This document shows positions 48,465 through 58,569 of a stretch of 64,000 nucleotides of DNA, one piece after another. The stretch is from Escherichia coli (lineage in GTDB: Bacteria > Pseudomonadota > Gammaproteobacteria > Enterobacterales > Enterobacteriaceae). The notes beneath the pieces were generated by a model. The model was not told where the DNA came from, ran no database searches, and worked only from the letters and a program-made list of their open reading frames with translations. The stretch is taken from assembly GCF_045037415.1 (NCBI RefSeq), contig NZ_CP173438.1. The stretch is one strand, 5' to 3'. A program made the position numbers and the translations under genes. Within the stretch, counting starts at the first letter, position 1. Each line of letters begins with the position of its first letter.

Positions 48465-49880
48465 TTATTCGTCGTCGTACTGCGGCCCCGCATAGTTGTC
48501 GAAGCGCGACCATTGACCGTTAAAGGTCAGGCGTACCGTCCCGATTGGGCCGTTACGTTGTTTACCGATAATAATTTCCGCGATGCCTTTTAAATCACTG
48601 TTTTCGTGATACACCTCATCACGATAGATAAACATGATCAAGTCCGCATCCTGCTCGATAGAGCCAGATTCACGCAGGTCGGAGTTGACCGGGCGTTTGT
48701 CGGCACGTTGTTCCAGAGAACGGTTCAACTGGGACAGCGCCACCACCGGCACGTTCAGTTCTTTCGCCAGTGCTTTCAGCGAGCGGGAGATTTCTGCAAT
48801 TTCCAGCGTACGGTTATCGGAAAGCGCCGGTACGCGCATCAGTTGCAGGTAGTCGATCATGATAAGCCCGATGCCGCCGTGTTCACGGGCAATACGGCGT
48901 GCGCGGGAACGCACTTCCGTTGGCGTCAGGCCGGAGGAATCATCGATATAGATATTGCGTTTTTCGAGCAAAATACCCATGGTGCCGGAAATGCGTGCCC
49001 AATCTTCATCATCGAGCTGCCCGGTACGGATTTTAGTCTGGTCAACACGCGACAGCGACGCCAGAGAACGCATCATAATCTGTTCTGATGGCATCTCCAG
49101 CGAGAAGATAAGTACCGGTTTATCCTGCAACATCGCCGCGTTTTCGACGAGGTTCATCGCAAATGTCGTTTTACCCATCGACGGACGCGCGGCAACGATG
49201 ATCAAATCCGACGGCTGCAAGCCAGCGGTTTTTTTGTTGAGATCGTCATAACCGGTGTTTACCCCGGTAACGCCATCGTGTGGCTGCTGAAACAACTGCT
49301 CAATACGCGCCACGGTTGCGTCGAGCACATCGGCGATGTTCTTCGGCCCTTCGTCTTTGTTTGCACGACTTTCGGCAATTTTGAAGACGCGGGATTCAGC
49401 AAGGTCCAGCAGATCTTCACTGGTACGCCCTTGTGGATCAAAACCGGCTTCGGCAATCTCATTCGCAACGGAGATCATCTCACGGACAACGGCACGTTCG
49501 CGCACGATATCCGCATAGGCACTGATGTTCGCCGCACTTGGCGTATTTTTTGACAGCTCTGCCAGATAAGCAAAACCACCGACGCTATCGAGTTGCCCCT
49601 GGCGTTCCAGCGATTCCGCAAGGGTAATCAGATCGATAGGACTACCGCTTTCCTGCAAACGCGCCATTTCAGTAAAGATATGACGGTGTGGGCGGGTGTA
49701 AAAATCGTCTGCCACCACACGCTCGGCTACATCATCCCAGCGTTCGTTATCCAGCATTAAACCGCCCAACACCGACTGCTCCGCTTCGATCGAGTGCGGA
49801 GGCACTTTCAGCCCGGCAACTTGTGGATCGCGTTCGCGGTTATCAGTCTGTTGTTTGTTGAAAGGTCTATTGCCTGCCAT
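48465..49880 (-). CDS. dnaB: Replicative DNA helicase
   Basis: 471 aa from MAGNRPFNKQQ; Walker A GKTTFAMN; ORF-track start is 12 codons further upstream. Confidence 0.96.
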   Translation of the reverse strand: MAGNRPFNKQQTDNRERDPQVAGLKVPPHSIEAEQSVLGGLMLDNERWDDVAERVVADDFYTRPHRHIFTEMARLQESGSPIDLITLAESLERQGQLDSVGGFAYLAELSKNTPSAANISAYADIVRERAVVREMISVANEIAEAGFDPQGRTSEDLLDLAESRVFKIAESRANKDEGPKNIADVLDATVARIEQLFQQPHDGVTGVNTGYDDLNKKTAGLQPSDLIIVAARPSMGKTTFAMNLVENAAMLQDKPVLIFSLEMPSEQIMMRSLASLSRVDQTKIRTGQLDDEDWARISGTMGILLEKRNIYIDDSSGLTPTEVRSRARRIAREHGGIGLIMIDYLQLMRVPALSDNRTLEIAEISRSLKALAKELNVPVVALSQLNRSLEQRADKRPVNSDLRESGSIEQDADLIMFIYRDEVYHENSDLKGIAEIIIGKQRNGPIGTVRLTFNGQWSRFDNYAGPQYDDE

Positions 49881-49952
49881 AACGAATGGTGTTACCTGCT
49901 GTTGAATGGGGGACAAGAGAGTATAGCGAGAAACAGTTTCTCGCTACAGCAT

Positions 49953-50987
49953 TTAACGCCCCCGCTTTCCGGTGGAAGCGCGAATTTGCAGGGTCGGGCG
50001 ATAGATGTAATGGCTGAGCGGTGCGTCTGGTTGCGCAATACGCCGTAAAATTTGCTGCGCCGCCTGTTTCCCCAGAGCCAATGGTTCTACCGCAATTGTG
50101 GTTAACGGCGGGTTACTGTAAGCACAAGCCGCCACGCCATCATTACCAATCAACGAAATATCTTCCCCGGCAAATAATCCTCTTTCGCCTAGTGCCGACT
50201 CCGCGCCAAAAGCCATTAAATCGTTATAACAAATCACCGCTGTGGGTGGCGAAGGCATATCCAACAGCTGTTGCATCAACTGGTAGCCGTTGGCCTGAGT
50301 CGGTTCAGCACGCAGCGAAAAAGCATCAGTACTCCACGGCTGTAAACCATGGTGATTCATCGCCTCAAGGTATCCCTGATAACGCATATGGTGCGTAAGA
50401 CCACCAATAAACACGATATCTCTGTGCCCTTGTTGAATGAGATATTCCGTCGCTTCCCGTACACCTGCGTGGCTGTCCACGCCAACGTAATCGACGGGCA
50501 ATTGTTGCCAATCCAGAGGGCGCATCGTGATTAATAAGGGTGTGGAACTGTTGGCATAACGCTGTAAATCGGCTTCTGAGGTACTGTTCACTGGACAGAG
50601 GACAATGCCCGCGACGTGGTGTTCCAGCAAGGTATCAAGCACCTGTTTTTGCCGGTCACTACGCTGGGAGGTATTGGACATCACGGTGATAAAACCGTGC
50701 TCCGCCAGCGTCATCTCAAGACCCATAGTAAATTCAGCGAAGAAAGGATTTATCAAATCGTCAATGACTACGCCGATAGTTAGCGATTTTTGCGAACGCA
50801 GATTGGCAGCAAAACGGTTATAGACATAGCCTAATTGTTCAATGGCTTGCTGGACTTTTTGTTGCGTCTCTTTTTTGATAAGTGAACTGTCGTTGAGAAC
50901 CAGCGATACAGTCGATTTCGAAACGCCAGCCGCACGCGCAACATCGGTTAATGTTACCCGCTTTCTTCCTGTATCCGACTTCGCCAT
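49953..50987 (-). CDS. LacI-family transcriptional regulator
   Basis: Start at MAKSDTGRKRVTLTDVARAAGVSKSTVSLVLN (HTH), then periplasmic-binding-protein-like sugar-binding fold; divergent from the adjacent operon. Confidence 0.85.
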   Translation of the reverse strand: MAKSDTGRKRVTLTDVARAAGVSKSTVSLVLNDSSLIKKETQQKVQQAIEQLGYVYNRFAANLRSQKSLTIGVVIDDLINPFFAEFTMGLEMTLAEHGFITVMSNTSQRSDRQKQVLDTLLEHHVAGIVLCPVNSTSEADLQRYANSSTPLLITMRPLDWQQLPVDYVGVDSHAGVREATEYLIQQGHRDIVFIGGLTHHMRYQGYLEAMNHHGLQPWSTDAFSLRAEPTQANGYQLMQQLLDMPSPPTAVICYNDLMAFGAESALGERGLFAGEDISLIGNDGVAACAYSNPPLTTIAVEPLALGKQAAQQILRRIAQPDAPLSHYIYRPTLQIRASTGKRGR

Positions 50988-51242
50988 GCCTGCTCCAAAC
51001 CCCCATAAGATCAAGGCAATTACTTTATCATAATCTCCTTTTACTCATGCGATCCGTTAACGCAAGGGATCGCAGGAGATCGTCGTTTCGATCACAGATT
51101 CGCACTTCCCTTGTTGTGTTTTTTACACCCTAATCGTACAAATTACGCATAAATTAGATCGTTCCAATTAATTTATGAAAATTATCATATTGTTTTAAAT
51201 GTATATTTTTAATTATTTTTATATCGAAACAAGGAAATTATT

Positions 51243-52814
51243 ATGTGCTCTGTACGCACGATCACTGCACCGGAAGCTGCAGATTTGATTGTTGATGGCG
51301 CAGTTGTCACCGTCTCCTCCTCCAGTGGAATGGGGTGTCCGGATGCGGTGCTGGCAGCAATAGGTGAACGCTTTCAACGTGCCGGACATCCGCAAAACAT
51401 CACCTCCATCCACCCTATCGCCGCTGGTGATATGTATGGCGTAAAAGGCATCGATCATCTGGCGCAACCGGGCTTACTGGCAAAAGTGATCGCTGGCTCC
51501 TACCCCTCCGGTCCATCATCAATGACGCCTCCGTTAATCTGGCAAATGATCAATGACAACGCGATCCCCGCCTGGAATCTGCCTTCCGGGATCTTATTTG
51601 ATATGCACCGGGAAGCGGCGGCTCATCGTCCTGGCGTGCTGACACAAACAGGCATGGATACCTATGTGGATCCCCTGTTGCAGGGCGGTGCAATGAATGA
51701 AAAAGCGGCGCAACAATCTCTGGTTGAACGTGTTCGATTTGCTAACGACGACTGGCTGTTTTTCCCCAGTATCGTGCCGCAGGTGGCGATCATTCGCGCT
51801 ACCACTGCCGATGAACGCGGCAACCTGACTTATGAACATGAAGGGGCTTATCTGGGGCCACTGGAACAGGCTACTGCCGTTCGCAATAATGGTGGCATCA
51901 TAATTGCGCAAGTAAAACGACAGGTTGCCGCCGGAAGTCTGAAACCAAAAGAGGTGCGTATTCCGGGTGTACTGGTGGATTACATCGTGATTGCGCCGGA
52001 ACAAACACAAACGACACAAACGCAATATGAACCTGCCATTTCCGGCGAAATCAGTCGTCCGCTGTCAGCCTTTCGTTATATGGAACATGGCCCGGCGCGA
52101 GTTATTGCCCAGCGAGTCGCGCAAGAACTACAAAGTGGAGATGCGGTAAATATTGGCTTTGGTATTTCTGCCAACGTACCACGCATTTTACTGGAACAAG
52201 GTCGCCACGGTGACGTCACCTGGCTGCTGGAACAGGGCGCGATTGGCGGAGTTCCACTGCTGGAATTTCAGTTCGGTTGTGCCTCTAATGCAGAAGCATT
52301 TTTGCCCTCTCCCCAGCAGTTCACCTATTTCCAGGGTGGTGGTTTTGATCTCACTCTGATGTCGTTTTTACAAATCGGCGCAGATGGCTCAGTGAACGTC
52401 TCACATCTCCCCGCTCGTCCACATGTCACTGCCGGATGCGGTGGATTTATTGATATCACCTCACATGCGAAACGCATTATTTTCTCTGGCTTTTTCAATG
52501 CCGGTGCCCAACTGCAACTGGAAGAGGGTCAGCTGCGTATCATTAAAGAAGGCAAAGCCAAAAAACTGGTACAGGACGTCGCCCACGTGACGTTCTCCGG
52601 CAAACGCGCAATAAGACTCGGGCAACAAGTACAGTACATTACTGAACGCTGCGTTCTGGAATTAACCCCAGACGGGCTACTGGTCACAGAAATTGCCCCA
52701 GGTATTGATCCTGAACGCGACATTCTCGCCCAAAGCGATGCCCCACTCCGTCTGGCAGACGATCTCAAACTAATGAATCCCCTCTATTTTCAACAAGGAA
52801 GTCACCATGAATAA
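51243..52814 (+). CDS. CoA-transferase-like protein (acyl-CoA:carboxylate CoA-transferase or acetyl-CoA hydrolase/transferase superfamily)
   Basis: 523-aa soluble ORF with two-domain organisation resembling fused CoA transferases; family assignment by eye only; SD AAGGAA upstream. Confidence 0.55.
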   Translation: MCSVRTITAPEAADLIVDGAVVTVSSSSGMGCPDAVLAAIGERFQRAGHPQNITSIHPIAAGDMYGVKGIDHLAQPGLLAKVIAGSYPSGPSSMTPPLIWQMINDNAIPAWNLPSGILFDMHREAAAHRPGVLTQTGMDTYVDPLLQGGAMNEKAAQQSLVERVRFANDDWLFFPSIVPQVAIIRATTADERGNLTYEHEGAYLGPLEQATAVRNNGGIIIAQVKRQVAAGSLKPKEVRIPGVLVDYIVIAPEQTQTTQTQYEPAISGEISRPLSAFRYMEHGPARVIAQRVAQELQSGDAVNIGFGISANVPRILLEQGRHGDVTWLLEQGAIGGVPLLEFQFGCASNAEAFLPSPQQFTYFQGGGFDLTLMSFLQIGADGSVNVSHLPARPHVTAGCGGFIDITSHAKRIIFSGFFNAGAQLQLEEGQLRIIKEGKAKKLVQDVAHVTFSGKRAIRLGQQVQYITERCVLELTPDGLLVTEIAPGIDPERDILAQSDAPLRLADDLKLMNPLYFQQGSHHE

Positions 52815-53586
52815 CGGCACCATTGACCTCCAGCGCAACGGTTTCATTGCCACTTTGGTGATTAATCGCCCGGCGAAACTCAACGCATTAACCCCAGAGA
52901 TGCTCGAACAACTGCTGGCGCATTGCCACACGTTGGAAACTGATTCGGAGATCCGCGTAGTACTGCTGACCAGTGCCAGTGAAAAAGCGTTTTGTGTCGG
53001 CGCGGATATTCATCGCTGGACCTCTCTTTCTGCACTCGATATGTGGCGCAACTGGATCCGCCGCGGTCATCAGGCATTTGATGCTCTGGCACAACTGCCA
53101 CAGCCCGTAATCGCCCTGTTGCACGGCCTGGCTTATGGCGGTGGTCTGGAACTGGCTGCTACCGCCGATATCCGTATTTGTAGCGCCGAAGCACAAATGG
53201 CACTACCAGAAACCGGGCTGGCGACAGTGCCTGGCTGGTCAGGAACGCAGCGGCTGACGGCACTGCTTGGGCGCTCACTGGTGAAAGAACTGGTATTTAC
53301 CGGTGAACCACTGGATGCACAGCGGGCACTGTCCTGCGGGCTGGTGAATCGCGTTGTCGCCAGGGAGGCGTTACACGACGCCGGACTGCAACTGGCACAA
53401 CGTATCGCCCAGCGTGCTCCCGTTGCAGTGCAGATCGCCAAGCAGGTTATTGATGCCGGAGAAGGTATTGCTGTGGCCTCGACGCTTGAAGCACTGGCTG
53501 GCGCTTTTTCCGCCACGACTGAAGATGCTCATGAAGGCAGTCAGGCATTTACTGAGAAGCGTCAACCGCACTTTCAGGCACGCTGA
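52807..53586 (+). CDS. Enoyl-CoA hydratase/isomerase (crotonase-fold) family enzyme
   Basis: 259-aa ORF with crotonase patterns (LNALTPEM, oxyanion-hole region FCVGADI, GLAYGGGLELA); 8-bp overlap with upstream gene. Confidence 0.8.
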   Translation: MNNGTIDLQRNGFIATLVINRPAKLNALTPEMLEQLLAHCHTLETDSEIRVVLLTSASEKAFCVGADIHRWTSLSALDMWRNWIRRGHQAFDALAQLPQPVIALLHGLAYGGGLELAATADIRICSAEAQMALPETGLATVPGWSGTQRLTALLGRSLVKELVFTGEPLDAQRALSCGLVNRVVAREALHDAGLQLAQRIAQRAPVAVQIAKQVIDAGEGIAVASTLEALAGAFSATTEDAHEGSQAFTEKRQPHFQAR

Positions 53587-53612
53587 TCGCCTCTTACAAG
53601 GAAAGAAAGATA

Positions 53613-54893
53613 ATGAATATGACAACCTCTGTTCCCCAAACGCCTTCTTTATTTCGGCGAATAATGACAAAACTCGCGGCCTTTGCACCTGGCATCTTTC
53701 TTATTGGCTACAGCATCGGAACAGGCAGCATCACCACTATGGCTAAAGCAGGTGCTAACTATGGTGTCTCGCTCATGTGGGCCGTGGCGCTTTCTTGCAT
53801 TGTTACCTGGTTTTTAATCCGTATTTATGGTCGTTATGCTTCCGTCACTGGTGAACGCGCGTTGACTGCATTTCGTCGCCATATCCATCCCGGCGTTGCG
53901 ATGTTGTTTCTGATCGGGTTAACCGTTGCCGTGAGCGGTTCCATTATGGGGGTAATGGGTATTCTGGCGGATGTAATGGCAACATGGTCCACGACCTGGT
54001 TTAGTGGCGGTATCTCAGCTCTCGCCTGGGCTATCGCGATGGTCATTATGATTAACGTGATGCTCTGGACCAACAGCAACGCCGGGTTCGACAAAATCCT
54101 CTCCGCGCTGGTTGGCATTATGGGGCTGGCGTTTGTGATTAATTTTTTCATTATGATGCCGCCGGTCGCAGATCTGCTGGCCGGATTTATTCCGTCTGTT
54201 CCCGATCCTGTCGCTGGCGATAACAGTACGCCATTTCTGATAATTTCTGGCATGGTGGGTACCACCGTAGCACCAGCAATGTTTCTTATGCGCACGACCC
54301 TGGTAAAAAGTAATGGTTGGGGTGTGGACAATTTGCCTCATCAAAATCGTGATGCCATTGTCAGTGCAGGAATGATGTTCATCATCAGTGCGGCGGTGAT
54401 GGCTGCGGCTGCGGGTACGTTGTACCAAACTGGCACAGGTTTAAATAATGCCTCGCAAATGGTCATTATTCTCGAACCTATTGCTGGCTCAGCTGCCGTG
54501 GGGCTCTTTGTTATTGGTATTGTTGCAGCCGGGCTTTCCAGCCAGTTCCCAAATTTGCTGTTAACGCCCTGGCTGCTGGCTGACTGGCGTGATACCAGCA
54601 ACGAAGTTAGCCCAGGTTACCGTATCCTGATGACGGTTATGTCTCTGCTTTGTCTGGTTGTGCCGCTGTTCCACGCACGCCCGGTATTGGTGATGATTGC
54701 CAGCCAGGCCTTTAACGCCATTATTCTGCCGCTGACTGTTTTATGTATGTTCTGGCTGGCGAACAAGCCTTCGTTAATGGGCAAATATCGTTGCTCACGC
54801 TGGGAAAACGTCATGTTTATTGCCATAAGCGTATTTACGCTAATCATGGGCTATATGGCAATGAGCGGCTTAATCGAAAGTCTGATGAAATAG
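53613..54893 (+). CDS. NRAMP-fold membrane transporter, divergent (canonical metal-binding motif not conserved)
   Basis: 426-aa polytopic ORF whose N-terminal helices align in pattern with MntH, but the DPGN motif position reads IGTGS. Confidence 0.55.
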   Translation: MNMTTSVPQTPSLFRRIMTKLAAFAPGIFLIGYSIGTGSITTMAKAGANYGVSLMWAVALSCIVTWFLIRIYGRYASVTGERALTAFRRHIHPGVAMLFLIGLTVAVSGSIMGVMGILADVMATWSTTWFSGGISALAWAIAMVIMINVMLWTNSNAGFDKILSALVGIMGLAFVINFFIMMPPVADLLAGFIPSVPDPVAGDNSTPFLIISGMVGTTVAPAMFLMRTTLVKSNGWGVDNLPHQNRDAIVSAGMMFIISAAVMAAAAGTLYQTGTGLNNASQMVIILEPIAGSAAVGLFVIGIVAAGLSSQFPNLLLTPWLLADWRDTSNEVSPGYRILMTVMSLLCLVVPLFHARPVLVMIASQAFNAIILPLTVLCMFWLANKPSLMGKYRCSRWENVMFIAISVFTLIMGYMAMSGLIESLMK

Positions 54894-54903
54894 GTGGGAC
54901 GCA

Positions 54904-56940
54904 ATGATTGACGAAACGCTAACGGCGCTCACTGATATCAAAATGCCCCATTACGCACCGCTGGCTCAAGCCAGCGGTAGTATCGACCTTAACGGTACCA
55001 TTTTACCAGAGTACTGCTGCAACACGCTGGTTCTGGGCAGTGGCGCGGCAGGATGGCGAGCTGCCGTCGAGCTGAAACGGCAAAATGTCGATGTAATGGT
55101 CGCCTCCAGCAAAGCCTTCTGGGGCACTTCCGCCTGTTCTGGTTCCGATAAACAAACGCTTCACACCGCGAATACGCGTGCAAATGGTGACCATTTTCTG
55201 ACATTAAGTAACACCCTGGCGGCAGGTGGTGCGATGGATCATGACACCGCATATGTTGAGGCGGTCGGATCGGTGAACACCTGTGAAGTACTGAAATATC
55301 TGGGTCTGGATCTGCCTGAAGATCTCTTTGGCGCAACGTTGCGTTATCAAACCGATCACGATGAATTTGGCCGTGCCACTAGCTGCGGTCCTCGAACATC
55401 GCGCCTGATGGTGAAGGTGCTGGCCCAGGAGGCAATGCGCCTTAATATTCCTCTTTGCGATCACACAACGGCGATTCATATCCTGACCAGTGGTGAAGGG
55501 GAAAATCGACGAGTCGTGGGGGTGATCGCCATCGATAAAGCCTGTCGGGATAATCCCTGGCGAATGGTCGTGATTCGCTGCCAGCATCTGGTTTTAGCCA
55601 CGGGCGGACCAGGTGAACTTTATCGTGACAGTGTTTATCCGGTGAACTGTTTTAGTGCGTTGGGCATGGCACTGGAAGCAGGTATAACTCTGGTTAATCT
55701 TACGGAAAGTCAGTTTGGTATCGGTACACCGCGCAGCCAGTTTCCGTGGAATCTTTCCGGTACTTACATGCAGGCGATGCCGCGCATCTATTCGCAGGAC
55801 CACTCCGGGCGTCAGTATAATTTTCTGGCAGCTTATTACCCCACGACTCGTATGCTGGCCTCCGCAATATTTCGTAAAGGTTACCAGTGGCCGTTTCACG
55901 CGGAACGAATGCTGGAATATGGCTCCAGCCTGCTGGATGTCGCAGTTTATGAAGAGACTCAAAAAGGGCGCGATGTTTTTCTTGATTTTCTACGGGAACC
56001 AGAACCCGCAGCGGACGGAACGTCATTCAACCTGCAAGAACTGGATGATGATGTCATCGACTATCTGCAACAAAATCACGCCCTGTTGGCACAACCGCTG
56101 GCGAGATTAACACAGATGAATCCTCTGGCTATTCGTTTGTATCAGATGCACGGTCATGATCTCACAGCCTCACCGCTCAAGTTTACGCTAAATAATCAAC
56201 ATCTTAATGGCGGAATTGAAGTTGATATTTGGGGACGTACATCGCTAACTGGTTGTTATGCTGCCGGAGAAAATGCCGGAACACATGGTGTCACGCGCCC
56301 AGGTGGAGCAGCGCTCAATGCCGGGCAAGTTTTCGCCCGCCGCTGTGCATTACATATTGCTCATCAGAAAAGCCAGGACCGGCCTCTCGAGAGGCAACAA
56401 ATTCTCAGTACGATTAATGAGGCGCAACAGTACCTGAATCAGGGGCTGCTACGTGACGACGTGCGAGAAACGATACAAAATACCATGAGCCACCATGCCG
56501 CAATTTTGTGTCATACACAGGGGATCAACACTGCCGCGCAAACCCTGGCAACACTTTGTGAAGATATTCGCCGGGAAGGTATTCAATGCGATGAAAACAG
56601 CCTGGCACAATCTTTCCAGTGGCGGCAAAGTGCGCAACTGGCGCTGGCTGTACTGCGTTCTTTACAATGTTATGTCGAAAACGGTGGTGGGAGTCGTGGT
56701 GCCAGGGCTATCTATGATGGCGAAGCCGGTATTGCACCGCAAACACCAGGTGGGCCACTCCTGGCCTGGCGTTTTCGGCCAGAAAATCAGGATGCCAGGC
56801 AATATATGATTTGTGTTTGTCGGGAAGCTAATGATTACCAAACCTGGACTCGCCCGTGCCGTGAACGGGGCGTATTAACGCTAACCAACTTTGAGCGCCA
56901 GTGGCAAAACTGGATTGCGGCGACGCCGTTTCAATACTGA
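54904..56940 (+). CDS. FAD-dependent oxidoreductase, fumarate reductase / succinate dehydrogenase flavoprotein-like
   Basis: N-terminal dinucleotide fold LVLGSGAAGWRAA and C-terminal GCYAAGENAGTHGVTRPGGAALNAG motif typical of the FRD/SDH/aspartate-oxidase flavoprotein family; 678 aa. Confidence 0.7.
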   Translation: MIDETLTALTDIKMPHYAPLAQASGSIDLNGTILPEYCCNTLVLGSGAAGWRAAVELKRQNVDVMVASSKAFWGTSACSGSDKQTLHTANTRANGDHFLTLSNTLAAGGAMDHDTAYVEAVGSVNTCEVLKYLGLDLPEDLFGATLRYQTDHDEFGRATSCGPRTSRLMVKVLAQEAMRLNIPLCDHTTAIHILTSGEGENRRVVGVIAIDKACRDNPWRMVVIRCQHLVLATGGPGELYRDSVYPVNCFSALGMALEAGITLVNLTESQFGIGTPRSQFPWNLSGTYMQAMPRIYSQDHSGRQYNFLAAYYPTTRMLASAIFRKGYQWPFHAERMLEYGSSLLDVAVYEETQKGRDVFLDFLREPEPAADGTSFNLQELDDDVIDYLQQNHALLAQPLARLTQMNPLAIRLYQMHGHDLTASPLKFTLNNQHLNGGIEVDIWGRTSLTGCYAAGENAGTHGVTRPGGAALNAGQVFARRCALHIAHQKSQDRPLERQQILSTINEAQQYLNQGLLRDDVRETIQNTMSHHAAILCHTQGINTAAQTLATLCEDIRREGIQCDENSLAQSFQWRQSAQLALAVLRSLQCYVENGGGSRGARAIYDGEAGIAPQTPGGPLLAWRFRPENQDARQYMICVCREANDYQTWTRPCRERGVLTLTNFERQWQNWIAATPFQY

Positions 56941-57045
56941 TCAGAGATATTCCGGGTTGTGACCGCAGCCCGGAAAAAATCCCCGCGCGGCCTGGCGACT
57001 ACTGTTAGGCTTAAAACAGATATGTCGCTCAGTAAAGGAGTTTAA

Positions 57046-58029
57046 ATGGCAACGCGCATCGAATTTCACAAGCACGGTGGCCCGGAAGTACTTCAGGCCG
57101 TGGAGTTCACTCCTGCCGATCCGGCGGAGAATGAAATCCAGGTCAAAAATAAAGCCATCGGCATCAATTTTATCGACACGTATATCCGCAGCGGCCTTTA
57201 CCCGCCACCATCGCTACCCAGCGGATTAGGCACCGAAGCGGCAGGCATCGTGAGTAAAGTCGGCAGTGGTGTAAAGCATATTAAGGCAGGCGATCGCGTA
57301 GTCTATGCACAATCGGCATTAGGCGCTTACAGCTCTATGCATAACATTAATGCGGATAAAGCGGCGATTCTGCCTGCGGCAATTTCTTTTGAGCAAGCTG
57401 CGGCATCCTTCCTGAAAGGCTTAACGGTTTATTATCTGCTGCGCAAAACCTATGAAATTAAACCCGATGAACAGTTCCTGTTCCACGCAGCGGCTGGCGG
57501 CGTTGGCTTGATTGCCTGCCAGTGGGCAAAAGCCCTGGGCGCGAAACTTATCGGCACCGTGGGAACCGCGCAAAAAGCGCAGAGTGCGCTAAAAGCGGGC
57601 GCATGGCAGGTTATTAACTATCGTGAAGAGAATCTGGTCGAGCGGTTAAAAGAGATCACCGGTGGCAAGAAAGTGCGCGTGGTGTACGATTCAGTGGGCA
57701 GAGACACCTGGGAACGGTCGCTGGATTGCCTGCAACGCCGCGGCTTAATGGTGAGTTTTGGCAACTCATCAGGTGCGGTTACCGGTGTGAACTTAGGCAT
57801 TCTCAATCAGAAAGGCTCGTTGTATGTGACACGCCCTTCCCTGCAAGGCTATATCACCACGCGGGAGGAATTAACCGAGGCCAGTAATGAACTGTTCTCT
57901 TTGATTGCCAGCGGTGTGATTAAGGTCGATGTCGCCGAGCAGCAGAAATATCCGCTGAAGGATGCGCGGCGTGCGCATGAGATTCTGGAAAGCCGGGCGA
58001 CGCAGGGTTCCAGCCTGTTGATTCCATAA
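57046..58029 (+). CDS. qorA: NADPH:quinone oxidoreductase
   Basis: 327-aa zeta-crystallin-like ORF MATRIEFHKHGGPEVLQAVEFTPADPAENEIQVKNKAIGINFID. Confidence 0.95.
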   Translation: MATRIEFHKHGGPEVLQAVEFTPADPAENEIQVKNKAIGINFIDTYIRSGLYPPPSLPSGLGTEAAGIVSKVGSGVKHIKAGDRVVYAQSALGAYSSMHNINADKAAILPAAISFEQAAASFLKGLTVYYLLRKTYEIKPDEQFLFHAAAGGVGLIACQWAKALGAKLIGTVGTAQKAQSALKAGAWQVINYREENLVERLKEITGGKKVRVVYDSVGRDTWERSLDCLQRRGLMVSFGNSSGAVTGVNLGILNQKGSLYVTRPSLQGYITTREELTEASNELFSLIASGVIKVDVAEQQKYPLKDARRAHEILESRATQGSSLLIP

Positions 58030-58037
58030 AAGAAATT

Positions 58038-58068
58038 GGGCTTCCACCTGGGAAGCCCTTTCTTTTAT
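58038..58068 (+). terminator. Rho-independent terminator of qorA
   Basis: Stem gggcttcc/ggaagccc with 5-nt loop followed by tttcttttat. Confidence 0.65.
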
Positions 58069-58193
58069 AGTTCGGCTGTATGTAGGGTACAGCTCGATGA
58101 ATTTGTTTGACACGCAATAGTGACAGATTTGATTATCAATTCCTATTTTGTTCTAAGGATAAAACCTTAGGTTGTGATCATCCGCACAATCCC

Positions 58194-58436
58194 TTAGTAA
58201 CGCCAGCGGTCATAATGCTGATATTTCGGCACTTTTGGTGCTTTAATCGCCCTGATCACCCACACCACCGCAACCGCCAACAGCAGCCACGGCAGCAACT
58301 TAATCATCAATGCCAGCATACCGCCGAGGAACATAAAGGCCGTCGCCACAATCAGCGCGGCGATAATACCCAGCAACGAAACACCAGTGACCATCAGCAT
58401 GACAAAAAAGCCAATTACAAAAAGTAGTTCCAGCAT
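58194..58436 (-). CDS. pspG: Phage shock protein G
   Basis: 80-aa two-TM protein from MLELLFVIGFFVMLMVTGVSLLGIIAAL; ORF-track version is over-extended upstream. Confidence 0.85.
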   Translation of the reverse strand: MLELLFVIGFFVMLMVTGVSLLGIIAALIVATAFMFLGGMLALMIKLLPWLLLAVAVVWVIRAIKAPKVPKYQHYDRWRY

Positions 58437-58471
58437 GATGCTCTCCCAAATATGAAATCTCTTGCTGGCAT

Positions 58472-58487
58472 TACAAGAATCATGCCA
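58472..58487 (-). promoter_or_regulatory. Sigma-54 promoter of pspG
   Basis: Minus strand reads TGGCAT-GATTC-TTGTA, the same -24/-12 architecture as the pspA promoter, ~36 bp upstream of the pspG start. Confidence 0.55.
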
Positions 58488-58569
58488 AAAATAATCTATT
58501 GATTTAACAGCAAAACGCCCCGCGACGGTGCGCAGGGCGTGGTGAATTTGACTACTTTTTGGTGAAAAG

